NCBI GenBank assembly: GCA_034669905.1
Contig: JAXMOL010000054.1
Coordinates: 1-49,650, forward strand
DNA from: Candidatus Hydrogenedentota bacterium
Lineage (GTDB): Bacteria > Hydrogenedentota > Hydrogenedentia > Hydrogenedentales > JAEUWI01
DNA length: 49,650 nucleotides
Direction of reading: 5' to 3'
Position 1 is the first letter of the stretch; each line of letters starts with the position of its first letter. Shown here in pieces: positions 19,071 through 27,919 of the stretch. Position numbers and translations under genes: made by a program. The notes under the pieces were generated by a model. That model worked only from the letters and a program-made list of their open reading frames with translations. It was not told where the DNA came from and did not search any database.

Positions 19071-19204
19071 ACTGCCTGGATGTGACCGCTTGAAATACCG
19101 CCGCAGAACCGCTGAAATGAAATTCGGTGCCACTTGAGCTGCCACATGGTTGCCGGACCCTATCGCGCCGAAAACCCCTGCGCCGTAGGCCACGTATTCA
19201 GCAA
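19071..19204 (-). ncRNA. Candidate structured RNA (rod-like), unassigned
   Basis: Begins just downstream of a consensus promoter. Nested pairings TTGC/GCAG, GTGGCC/GGTCAC, CGCAGGG/TTCTGCG, TTCGGCGC/GCACCGAA. No ORF of note. Confidence 0.3.
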
Positions 19205-19214
19205 AACTCTGTTT

Positions 19215-19266
19215 CTTATACGTTAACCAGAAGGGATTGTCAAGGGTCTTTATAGACAAGTAGTAT
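19215..19266. promoter_or_regulatory. Overlapping divergent sigma70 promoters
   Basis: Minus: TTGACA(19243-19238)-N17-TATAAG(19220-19215). Plus: TTGTCA(19237-19242)-N18-TAGTAT(19261-19266). Confidence 0.6.
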
Positions 19267-19305
19267 ACCGGTCAGTAGGTCGGGTGGGCCGACAGGGAAG
19301 CCAGG

Positions 19306-19488
19306 ACGCCTTGGCGTGAAGCGGCACCCCCGCAGGTCCATCGATGGAGTAAATGTGCTCGGCCAACGGGGGAGATTTTCCAGAAACGCCATGCAGGGCA
19401 AGACGACAGGCGGCCGGGATGCTTTCGTCATCGATGACGGCGAGGCTCCGAGAAGCGCCGGGCCGAGGGGGTGCTATGCCGGGGGCGT
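19306..19488 (+). ncRNA. Candidate ~180-nt rod-shaped RNA (6S RNA-like size)
   Basis: Nested stems ACGCC/GGCGT, GGCACCCCC/GGGGGTGCT, GGTCC/GGGCC, CATCGATG/CATCGATG, CTCGGCC/GGCCGGG. G-U pairs favour the + strand. Confidence 0.35.
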
Positions 19489-19643
19489 GAGCGATTTGTT
19501 TGACAAAGTACTGCGTTTATGAAAAGATTAGGCCCAACGCAACCGTGTAGAGCGCGCCTGTATCTTCAACCCGCGTCCGGATTCGCTTTTCAATCCGTCG
19601 TAGGCTGCGTGTGCGGGGGGGATTTACGCAAGAAAGCGATTCC

Positions 19644-20951
19644 GTGGCTGAGAAACGACTGCCCTTTTTTATGAAAGAATATCCTTGCCCCGCTTGTCGT
19701 GCGGCAAGTCGGCACCGACAATTCCGGAGCCGTACCTACGGGCCGGGAAAAGTGGAGTCGGACAACCATGTGCTCACCTATGTGTGGAACGATCCCCAGC
19801 TGGTGCAGATTCATCCGCCGGTTTATTTTCTCTACTTCTGTCCCCACTGTTATTTTACCGCACCGTCGGAAAATTATACGGAGCCGAAGCTTAACCTCTA
19901 TGGCCGTGCGAGCGCCCGCGCGTTTCAGGCAAACCGAGAGGGCGATGATAACGTTGTGCGCCTCCTCGGGGAGCGTATCGATTACGATAACCTGAACTTT
20001 GAAGTGGCCCTCTGGATGCATCTCCTGGCCATCTATGTCCAATTGCTTCCCGAGGACGGAATGCGCGATCACCTGTTGATCGCCCGTCTGTATCTCCGTG
20101 TGGCGTGGCTGTACCGGGAGGAGCAGGCGGAGAAGGGGGGCGAAAAGAATGAGGGGGCCGCGGAGGAGGCGGCAAATGCCACGCCCAAAGCCGTCTTGAG
20201 TGCCCTCGGGGAACTGGACAGAATACTCCATCAGGGCAACGAAGGTCGGGACCGAATCGCAGAGGCGTTGAAGGCCGACGAGGTCCGGCGAGGTTCGGAG
20301 AATGCCGCTGCCTATGAAAAGTCACTCGAGACCATGGCGCGGCTCCTGGAAGCACTCCACTCGGAATCCTACCGCCTCAAGTCCACGTTTAACCGGTCCT
20401 ATGTGACGGCGCTGGATGAGGGCGACAAATCCTACAACGTGGACTTTCTGGATGAAGTAAAAAAGGCATGGGTCTATGCGCCGGCGGACGAGACCGAAGC
20501 ACTACGCAGTGCCATCGAATACTTTGAGCGGGCCATCGCCAACGATGCGCGCCTGAACGATCCGGAGCCCTTCTTCAAGACCTCGGCGCTCATCGTCGAT
20601 CTGGAAATGCGGTGCAATGACCTGGACGCCGCCTTTAAGAAGGTGCGGGGTGTCGTGACCGGAATCATCGAGGATCGCGGGGAAATCCTGGCGCGTATTG
20701 CCAAGGTCGAAAATGAGAGCCACAAGATGGACTTAATGCGACAGCTCACTGCGGCGAACCGTTCCCTCGATCGCGCCTCGGAGCTTCACGAGCTGGTCGT
20801 CGACAAAGTAATCGCCCGGGAAATGCCGCGGGTTAAGGAAATCCTGGCGGGGCATACCGGGAGCACAACGGGCCAGAAGAAAGTGGCGCTCCTTTCGGGC
20901 GGGGTTCCCCACGGTATCGTCCATCGCCTGGAAGAGCGCAATATGATCTAG
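19644..20951 (+). CDS. DUF2225-family protein (Zn-binding CxxC pairs plus TPR-like helices)
   Basis: CPAC...ESD...HPPVY..YFCPHCYFTA and ARLYLRVAWLYRE. Start is either GTG 19644 or ATG 19671. Confidence 0.8.
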   Translation: MAEKRLPFFMKEYPCPACRAASRHRQFRSRTYGPGKVESDNHVLTYVWNDPQLVQIHPPVYFLYFCPHCYFTAPSENYTEPKLNLYGRASARAFQANREGDDNVVRLLGERIDYDNLNFEVALWMHLLAIYVQLLPEDGMRDHLLIARLYLRVAWLYREEQAEKGGEKNEGAAEEAANATPKAVLSALGELDRILHQGNEGRDRIAEALKADEVRRGSENAAAYEKSLETMARLLEALHSESYRLKSTFNRSYVTALDEGDKSYNVDFLDEVKKAWVYAPADETEALRSAIEYFERAIANDARLNDPEPFFKTSALIVDLEMRCNDLDAAFKKVRGVVTGIIEDRGEILARIAKVENESHKMDLMRQLTAANRSLDRASELHELVVDKVIAREMPRVKEILAGHTGSTTGQKKVALLSGGVPHGIVHRLEERNMI

Positions 20952-20957
20952 GGCATT

Positions 20958-21059
20958 CAGCCCCCTTGCTGCAGCACGAAGTAGGCCCGGCGTCCGATGG
21001 AACTGAAGTAGAGCCGGTCTTCCCTTATCAGCACATCGCACACGCCCTGATTGGTAAGG
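20958..21059 (-). pseudogene. Isolated duplicate of the last ~100 bp of the 21627-23366 gene
   Basis: Near-identical to 21627-21729. Confidence 0.85.
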
Positions 21060-21060
21060 A

Positions 21061-21368
21061 CGCCTTTGCCGCCGAGTCACCGTGTCCTCTGTGCCACTGT
21101 GGTGCCTGTGATTTGGAACCACAGAGAACGCAGAGAACACAAAGGGAAGAGAACATGGCAAAGTTTCGTGTGTTCAACCGGAGATGGACCATTCTCGTTG
21201 CGGGGCGTGTGCGACGTAGTCGGCATAAGGCCCGGACCGGCATTCACAGGACACGTGATGTTGTGGAGGTGATGTAAAGCTACGACGCCACCCGTTTTTA
21301 TTCCGTGCAATTCGGTGCTTTCCGTGGTAGGTCCCTTGAAGAGAATGGACAGAATGACGGAAGCGTAT
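21061..21368. repeat. ~300-bp element containing a family B palindrome (second copy 23452-23760)
   Basis: CTCTGTGCCACTGTGGT...AACCACAGAGAACGCAGAGAACACAAAG plus following ~220 bp, nearly identical in both copies. Confidence 0.92.
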
Positions 21369-21620
21369 TGCCAAGGTCGAAAATGAGAGCCACAAGATGG
21401 ATTTAATGCGACAGCTCACTGCGGCGAACCGTTCCCTCGACAAAGCCTCGAGCTTCACGAGCTGGTCGTCGACAAAGTAATTGCCCGGGAAATGCCGCGG
21501 GTTAAGGAAATCCTGGCTGGGCATACGGGGAGCACAACGGGTCAAAAAAAAGTGGCGCTCCTTTCGGGCGGGGTTCCCCACGGTATCGTCCATCGCCTGG
21601 AAGAGCGCAATATGATCTAG
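21363..21620 (+). pseudogene. Frameshifted duplicate of the 3' end of the DUF2225 gene
   Basis: Matches 20693-20951 with substitutions and a 1-bp deletion (GCCTCGGAGC vs GCCTCGAGC). Confidence 0.9.
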
Positions 21621-21626
21621 GGGGAC

Positions 21627-23366
21627 TCAGCCCCCTTGCTGCAGCACAAAATAGGCCCGTCGCCCGATGGAACTGAAGTAGAGCCGGTCTTCCCATATCA
21701 GCACATCGCACACGCCCTGATTGGTAAGGGAGTCGCTGCCCCACGAATCGGCCAGGTAGAGTTGCCGGTCCGACAGCACCACGAACTTTCCCGCGTCATC
21801 GGGATAGTATTGCTGTCCGGGGCGGAGTTGCCGTGGGTGTAGGTTGCCGTGATAGGTGCCATCTTGCTCGAAGGTCATTTTGATGCCATGAACCTCTCGG
21901 ATGTCGCCCTCAGGCGTGGGTGCGAAGGCACGCCCCCGATAGGTGCTCGCCGTGAGTCGCGCCAGCAAATCCGGGGGCGTTTTGAAGGGTGACGGAGAGC
22001 CGAGGACCATGGCGCAACCGTAATAGGCACCGTGAAAATGATTGCCATGGAGGGTGCCGTTGCGCACGTGCCAGTCGAAGAAGGACACGGTGTCAAAGCT
22101 GTAGGAATCGCCTCCTCCCAGGCGCATGTAGCAAACGAGCTTTCCGAAGTCGTCGACGCGATAGCGGCCGTTCAGGGTATTTACCCCGAGAAAGAGTTTG
22201 CCCTGCTCGCTGCCGAAGTTGGTGTTGAAGTAGCCGTTGTCGGTAAAGACAAGTTCGGCATCGGGGATGCGTTGAAGTTGTCTGCCAGATTCTTCCGTGA
22301 CCATGGCCGGGCCGGTGTAGACCCCGGCGATGGAGGCCGTTGAATGGACGCGGGTCTTGGCCTTTTGGGTGCCCAGGGAGAAAAAGGCCTGTAAGCGTCG
22401 ATGGTAAAAGGAAAGCCGACCCTCTTCGAGGGAGAAGCCGTGGGTGACCACCCCTTCGCCCGGACCGAGGATGAGTTGGGTAGGACCCAGCACGCGGTAG
22501 CTACCTGTGACGGGTTTGTCGAGGAGTTCTCCGATGCCGGGCTGAGACAGGCGTTCTGCGGAAACGAGGGATGGGAGGTTGGTTTCGAAAACGCCCTTCT
22601 TTTTGAAGGTGAGGGTAATGCCCGCTGTCTGGCGGTCATCGGGGTAGTCCGTCCAATAGGCGCTCCCGTGGTAGGTGCCGAGGATTTCTTTGGCGGGGTT
22701 CCCGGGCAGGGCGCTTTCCTGCGAGGCCCAGAAGGTCTGTTGCGCTTCCGTGAGGGGGCCTGCCGCCGCACGGGCACGGGCCACGCCTTCACGCCGCGCT
22801 ACGGCTTCCCGGCATCGCTTGAGGGCATAGGTGAGGTCGGCCGTGCGATGGGCCTCCCCGCCGTTTTCACGGTCGATGCGTTCCAGCGCGGTAAGCGCCT
22901 CACGGCTTTCGGCCTCGGCAAGTGCGCTGACCGAATGCTGGACTTGTTTGGGGTCGGCCGCACATGCTTCGAGATACTTCAGTGCCTTGGGCGTGCCAAT
23001 CCAACCCAAGGCCAGATAGCCGAAGACGTCGGAGTTTTCTGTCGCCACGTTGCGCTCAATATAACGAATGAGACTATCGACCGCCGCCGGGTCTTTCGCA
23101 AGACCGAGATAGAGTGCGACCTGCTGCGCGTTTTCTCCCTGGGCGTCCAGAAGTTGAATCAAGATGGGTACGCAGTCATCGCCCCACGTGTCGATGGCCT
23201 TCTGAACGGACTGCCGGTGGTACCGTTGCGCCACGTGGTCTGTGATGGTTTTTGTAAGCGTCTCGTCCGGCTGGGCGGCGGCCCGGGGCTGGGGAAGGGT
23301 CAGTGCCAGAAGGACGAGGGCAAGAAGCGTACGTAGCAGAATTGTTCCGCGTGGTGTGGTCGACAT
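21627..23366 (-). CDS. Secreted protein with HEAT/PBS-lyase-like repeats and three tandem lipocalin-like beta domains
   Basis: Signal peptide. HEAT-like segments (ALYLGLAKDPAAVDSL, ALGWIGTPKALKYL). Three repeats of G.Y.G.A...L.F...G.F..N....G.Y.V. RBS GGGAG. Confidence 0.7.
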   Translation of the reverse strand: MSTTPRGTILLRTLLALVLLALTLPQPRAAAQPDETLTKTITDHVAQRYHRQSVQKAIDTWGDDCVPILIQLLDAQGENAQQVALYLGLAKDPAAVDSLIRYIERNVATENSDVFGYLALGWIGTPKALKYLEACAADPKQVQHSVSALAEAESREALTALERIDRENGGEAHRTADLTYALKRCREAVARREGVARARAAAGPLTEAQQTFWASQESALPGNPAKEILGTYHGSAYWTDYPDDRQTAGITLTFKKKGVFETNLPSLVSAERLSQPGIGELLDKPVTGSYRVLGPTQLILGPGEGVVTHGFSLEEGRLSFYHRRLQAFFSLGTQKAKTRVHSTASIAGVYTGPAMVTEESGRQLQRIPDAELVFTDNGYFNTNFGSEQGKLFLGVNTLNGRYRVDDFGKLVCYMRLGGGDSYSFDTVSFFDWHVRNGTLHGNHFHGAYYGCAMVLGSPSPFKTPPDLLARLTASTYRGRAFAPTPEGDIREVHGIKMTFEQDGTYHGNLHPRQLRPGQQYYPDDAGKFVVLSDRQLYLADSWGSDSLTNQGVCDVLIWEDRLYFSSIGRRAYFVLQQGG

Positions 23367-23451
23367 GGGGGTGCTCCCGTGTGTGAGTGTGACTGCCTGT
23401 TACCCAGTATAACGTCTGAAAGGGTGGAAAGGTTCACGGGAATGTGGAGGG

Positions 23452-23845
23452 GAGTCGCTGCCGCCGACTCACCGTGTGCTCTGTGCCGCTGTGGTGCCTG
23501 TGATTTGGAACCACAGAGAACGCAGAGAACACAAAGGGAAGAGAACATGGCAAAATTTCGTGTGTTCAACCGGAGATGGACCATTCTCGTTGCGGGGCGT
23601 GTGCGACGTAGTCGGCATAAAGCCCGGCCCGGCATTCACAGGACACGTGATGTTGTGGAGGTGATGTGAAGCTACGATGCCACCCGTTTTCATTCCGTGT
23701 AGTTCGGTGCCTTCCGTGGTAGGTCCATTTAAGAGAATTAACGGAATGACGGGAGCGTATCGGTTGCCCTCGCTTTCTTTGTGTGCTCTATGCCGTTGTG
23801 GTGCCTGTGAATTGGAACCACAGAGGACGCAGAGAACACAAAGGA
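23452..23845. repeat. Family B element plus an additional B palindrome (~23772-23845)
   Basis: Copy of 21061-21368 followed by TTTGTGTGCTCTATGCCGTTGTGGT...AACCACAGAGGACGCAGAGAACACAAAG. Confidence 0.88.
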
Positions 23846-23931
23846 ATTAAGAACGGAACGTGTATTTCCAGGAATCGGCCGGAGAGCGGACCACGGCCAT
23901 ATGCCGTGACACGTTCTCTACTTACAAGGAG

Positions 23932-24351
23932 TTAGGACCACGGGTTGTAGATACCCACTCCGCTTCGTTCGAAGTCACTGGTGTTGCGTGTTACCACCGT
24001 TAGATTATGGGTCCGTGCCGTGGCACAGAGCAGCCCATCAATGCTTGGGAGGGGAACACCCTCCTTTTCCAGCGATGCCTGGATGTGGGCCCACGTCATC
24101 GTGACCTCCGCGTCGATACTAAGGATTCGACCTGCGAAACGGGTGCGGAGATCGCGATCCAGCCAGGATTGAAGGGCGTTGCGTCGTTTTCCAGGCGCGA
24201 GTTTCTCGATGCCTTTCTGAATCTCCCCCAGTGTAAGGACACTCATAAACAGGGTGTTTTCGTCACAGGATTCCATCCAGGCGAGGACACCCCGGTTAGG
24301 TCGGGCGCGGACCATCTCAGAGAGCACGAAGGTGTCGATTAGATAGTTCAC
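23932..24351 (-). CDS. vapC: PIN-domain toxin (VapC/FitB type)
   Basis: YLIDTFVLSE, SVLTLGEIQKG, IDGLLCATARTHNLTVVTRNTSDF, NPW. GTGA overlap with the antitoxin. Confidence 0.93.
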   Translation of the reverse strand: MNYLIDTFVLSEMVRARPNRGVLAWMESCDENTLFMSVLTLGEIQKGIEKLAPGKRRNALQSWLDRDLRTRFAGRILSIDAEVTMTWAHIQASLEKEGVPLPSIDGLLCATARTHNLTVVTRNTSDFERSGVGIYNPWS

Positions 24352-24593
24352 AGCGTGACGTCGCGGGGCAGGTCGCGGGGGCGTTCCAGTTCGAGGCCGC
24401 GCAGGGGAGACTTGCGGAAGAATTCCACGAGGCTATCCGGACCCCGTTGCAAGCGCTCATAGTCCTCGCAGGAAACCACGACCACCGCTTTCTTGCCGTG
24501 GCGGGAGACTTCTTGTGGTCCTTCCTTGAGGGCGCAGTCAACGACTTCGCTGAATCGATTCTTGGCTTCTTGCAGTTGCCATGTTTTATCCAT
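24348..24593 (-). CDS. Phd/YefM-family antitoxin
   Basis: WQLQEAKNRFSEVV..A..EGPQ.V.RHG..AVVVVS. RBS AAGGA. Imperfect palindrome TCCAGAC-T-GTCTAGA upstream could be the operator. Confidence 0.92.
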   Translation of the reverse strand: MDKTWQLQEAKNRFSEVVDCALKEGPQEVSRHGKKAVVVVSCEDYERLQRGPDSLVEFFRKSPLRGLELERPRDLPRDVTL

Positions 24594-24749
24594 CGTGAGG
24601 GCTTCCTTAGATATATTCTGTCCAGACTGTCTAGATTTTAACATGCATCTTTAGAATTGACAATAGGATGGGGGCGAAGCGGACGCCTTTGTTTAGCGGC
24701 ATGGTGGGTATTTCGGTTGACGGGCAATGTGCTGAATCGCCTTGCCACC

Positions 24750-25044
24750 GTTCTCTCCGTGTCCTCTGTGCCTCTGTGGTGCATGTTTATTGGAACCACA
24801 GAGGCACAGAGTTCACAGAGGAGACAAGCCACGCGTCGTGGCTCGGGAGCTGGTCCCCGGGGACCGTTTCCGATTGGCTCGTGACTGGGGAACGGAGCTG
24901 TGGTGCTGCGCCAATCGGAGACTGTACCCACGGAAGGCGAGCTTTGGTGCGAGGTGTTCTTCTGAGGGGTACAGGCTCCCTCGATTTGAAGCTGTTCAAG
25001 CGCTTACGCGGCTGGGGTCACTGCGTCTCGGGAGCCGGTCCCCG
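24750..25044. repeat. Composite B+C palindromic element (homologous copy ~25910-26100)
   Basis: B hairpin followed by C arms GGGGTACAGGCTCCCTCG (24966-24983) and CTCGGGAGCCGGTCCCCG (25027-25044). The same arms occur at 26020-26037 and 26083-26100. Confidence 0.85.
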
Positions 25045-25050
25045 TCTGCG

Positions 25051-25818
25051 CTATAAGGGTTCTTCGCCCATCCGTTTGATATCTTCGAACCTTGCGTTCC
25101 TCTTGTCCGCGCCGTAGCCCGTGTAGGCGTTTAACTTCATACGCACCTTTTGTGGATATTTCTCCGCCCACGTCGGCGAAACATGCTCACACCCGCCCAG
25201 GTAGAGGGTACGGAGGTTTGGCATGTCCATCAGATAGGCCACGCCTTCGTCCGTGATGCGATCGCAATCGTCCAGGGCCAACCAGGTGAGTTGGGACATC
25301 TCGCTGAGATACTTCAAGCCTGTGTCGGTAAGTCTTGGGGTTAGCGACAGGTTCAAATAGGTTACCTGCCTCATCCGTGCTATATGCCAGATACCCGCAT
25401 CGGTGATACACGGATTTCCACTCAGCACAAGGACTTCCAGCATGGGCATGTCCATTTGGGACAGCGTTTCCAGTCCCTGGTCGGTGATATGCCTATTGGT
25501 GCGGACCTGCAAGCCCGTCAGCGCTGGCCACGCCCGTTCTGCCAGAATTGCCAATCCTTCGTCCGTAATCTTGGCGTCCATAGCACCCGCGCCAATGCCG
25601 AAGGAGAGGAATCGCAGCATCGGGAAACGAAACAGGGCGCGCATGTCCTCGTCGGCTAGCCCGCGCGCGCTGACGCTCGCTGTGTCCGGTGGCAAGTGTA
25701 GCGCGTCCCGTTCACTGCGGACCCTGGAAGGCATGGACGTGCAGGCAGGGAGGAACAGAAGGAGCACGCCGATGAGATGGGTGATGGGGAAAATCGGATG
25801 TCGTGTTGATTTCGGCAT
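25051..25818 (-). CDS. Leucine-rich repeat lipoprotein (RI/FBXL-like LRRs)
   Basis: LLLFLPA-C lipobox. Repeats ITDEGLAIL, ITDQGLETL, ITDAGIWHI, LTDTGLKYL, ITDEGVAYL. Confidence 0.85.
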   Translation of the reverse strand: MPKSTRHPIFPITHLIGVLLLFLPACTSMPSRVRSERDALHLPPDTASVSARGLADEDMRALFRFPMLRFLSFGIGAGAMDAKITDEGLAILAERAWPALTGLQVRTNRHITDQGLETLSQMDMPMLEVLVLSGNPCITDAGIWHIARMRQVTYLNLSLTPRLTDTGLKYLSEMSQLTWLALDDCDRITDEGVAYLMDMPNLRTLYLGGCEHVSPTWAEKYPQKVRMKLNAYTGYGADKRNARFEDIKRMGEEPL

Positions 25819-25909
25819 GTGCGTGCTCCCGGTTTTGGTGTGACTGCCTGCTACCCAGTATAACGCTTGGGGCTACGGAGGATTCACGGAAATGTTGAGG
25901 TGAGAGCGG

Positions 25910-26100
25910 GCGCCGACTCTACGTGTCCTCTGTGTCTCTGTGGTGCATGCTTTATTGGAACCACAAAGAACGCAGAGAGCACAAAGGAAGCAAGCCAAGT
26001 GTCTCGGGCAGCCCTTTTTGGGGTACAGGCTCCCTCGCACCGGGCGGGTTGTTTCACGCTTTCGCGGCCGGCGTCATTGCGGCTCGGGAGCCGGTCCCCG
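25910..26100. repeat. Composite B+C palindromic element
   Basis: Direct-repeat partner of 24750-25044. Confidence 0.85.
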
Positions 26101-26109
26101 GCGTTTCTC

Positions 26110-27633
26110 CTACCCCAACAGTCCACCCATGGCCTTAAAGCGTGGTGCGAGGGCCTGGTAGTTGGCCTGGTATTCGAGGAACCAGGGTTCGTAGGCGGCT
26201 GCGGCCACCTTGTTGGCTTCGAGGCGGCTGACTTCTTTGATGATGTTGTCGCAGCCTTCTTCCACGGTCTTATACATGCCCGCCGCGACACTGGCGAGGA
26301 TGGCCGCGCCGTAGGCCGGGCCTTCGTCGACGTTGATGGTGACCATGGGGGCGTTGCCGGTGTCGGCGAGCATCTGGCGCCAGAGGGGACTCCGCGCACC
26401 GCCGCCGGAGCAGCGCACTTCACCCACGGGCACGCCCATGCCGCGCATGATTTCCAGACTGTCGCGCATGCCGAAGGAGACGCCCTCCAACACGGACCGG
26501 CTCATGTGGGCCTTGGTGTGCCGTAGGGAGAGGCCAATGAAGGCGCCCTTGGCGTCGGGGTCCTTGTGGGGCGTCCGCTCGCCGGTGAGATAGGGCAGGA
26601 AGACGAGGCCTTCCGCGCCGATGGGGATGTCCGCGGCTTCGGCGGTGATGTATTCATAGGGGTCCTTGCCTTCGGCCTTGCCCCGCTCGATGTCGGCCTG
26701 GCAGAGGGCGTCGCGGTACCAGCGGAGCGAACCACCAGCGCTGAGCATGACGCCCATGACGTGCCATTTTCCGGGCACGCTGTGGCAGAAGGTGTGGACG
26801 CGGCCGAGGGGGTCGGTGCTCACGTTGTCGGCGAAGGCGAAGACCACGCCGCTGGTGCCGAGGGAGGAGGAGATAATCCCCGAGCGGACAATACCACAGC
26901 CCACGCCGTTGGCTGCCTGGTCGCCACCACCCGCGACCACGGGGATGCCCATGGGCAGGCCGGTTTTTTCGGCGGCCTCGGTGCTGAGGGTGCCGGTGAT
27001 TTCGGGCCCTTCAAAGGAAGGGGGCATGAAGTCGGTGTCAATGCCCAGAAGGCCCATGAGCTCCGTGTGCCAGCAGCGATTCTTCACGTCGAAGAGGAGG
27101 GTGCCCGAGGCGTCGGCCACGTCGGTGGCGAATTCGCCGGTGAGCAGCAGACGGATGTAGTCCTTGGGCAGGAGCACTTTCTTCACCCGGGCATAGTTCT
27201 CCGGCTCGTTGTCCCGCAGCCACAGAATCTTGGGGGCGGTAAAGCCCGTGAGGGCGGGGTTGGAGACCATCTCAATGAGCTGGGCTTCTCCCACCGTCTC
27301 GTTGATGTAATCGCACTGGGCGGTGGTCCGCTGGTCGCACCAGAGGAGGGCCGGGCGGATGACCTGGTTGTCGGCATCCAGGAAAACACTGCCGTGCATC
27401 TGACCCGTGAGGCCAATGCCTTTTACGTCGGAGGCGTCAATCTTGCTGGCGAGCTCGGCCAGGGCCGTGTAGGCGGCCTTCGCCCAGTCGGCGGGGTCTT
27501 GCTCCGCCCAGTTGGGCTTGGGGGTGTGGAGGGGATATTCCACCAGCGCCGAAGCCAGCAATTCGCCCTCGGCATTCATCGCGATGGCCTTCGTGCCGCT
27601 CGTGCCTACGTCTACGCCCAATACAATGCCCAT
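26110..27633 (-). CDS. xylB: Xylulokinase (FGGY family)
   Basis: LGVDVGTSGTK, GLTGQMHG, WCDQR, LLPKDY, GGGDQ, LPYLTGERTPH, SGGGARS. Confidence 0.95.
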   Translation of the reverse strand: MGIVLGVDVGTSGTKAIAMNAEGELLASALVEYPLHTPKPNWAEQDPADWAKAAYTALAELASKIDASDVKGIGLTGQMHGSVFLDADNQVIRPALLWCDQRTTAQCDYINETVGEAQLIEMVSNPALTGFTAPKILWLRDNEPENYARVKKVLLPKDYIRLLLTGEFATDVADASGTLLFDVKNRCWHTELMGLLGIDTDFMPPSFEGPEITGTLSTEAAEKTGLPMGIPVVAGGGDQAANGVGCGIVRSGIISSSLGTSGVVFAFADNVSTDPLGRVHTFCHSVPGKWHVMGVMLSAGGSLRWYRDALCQADIERGKAEGKDPYEYITAEAADIPIGAEGLVFLPYLTGERTPHKDPDAKGAFIGLSLRHTKAHMSRSVLEGVSFGMRDSLEIMRGMGVPVGEVRCSGGGARSPLWRQMLADTGNAPMVTINVDEGPAYGAAILASVAAGMYKTVEEGCDNIIKEVSRLEANKVAAAAYEPWFLEYQANYQALAPRFKAMGGLLG

Positions 27634-27734
27634 GGTCTGTGCTCTCCTTCGTGATAATCAGGGGGGATAAATTCGGTGGGATAGTTATACCGTCCGCTGT
27701 CGGGGACGTGCAAGGAAGGGGGGAGACGCGTTGC

Positions 27735-27849
27735 AAGGACCTAAAGGACGAAAGGGACCTAAACGACATTGCTGACCACTCGCTGTCGGGTCAGGCTACT
27801 CCTTCATCATGGCCGAGCCATGCCGTCCTTTTGTCCTTTAGGTCCTTTG
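27735..27849. repeat. Palindromic element family I (AAGGAC repeats; related single arm at 49195-49228)
   Basis: AAGGACCTAAAGGACGAAAGGGAC ... GTCCTTTTGTCCTTTAGGTCCTT inverted pair. Confidence 0.7.
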
Positions 27850-27872
27850 AAACCCTACAACTATCCCCCCAC

Positions 27873-27901
27873 AAAAAAGGCGCACCCCGAAGGGTGCGCC
27901 T
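27873..27901 (-). terminator. Rho-independent terminator of asd
   Basis: Minus strand AGGCGCACCC-TTCG-GGGTGCGCCT followed by a T run. Confidence 0.9.
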
Positions 27902-27919
27902 CAAATCGGTCGGTGGCTC

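Noticed and set aside
19120..19204. c-di-AMP (ydaO) riboswitch or SRP RNA on the minus strand
   Set aside because: Only scattered words match (GCTGAAT, TAGGGT, CAGCT). The core GGAACC/CCCGAA motifs and the SRP GGAA-loop motif are missing.
21061..26100. Classical integron with attC sites
   Set aside because: No tyrosine integrase is present and the B repeats lack RYYYAAC/GTTRRRY ends.
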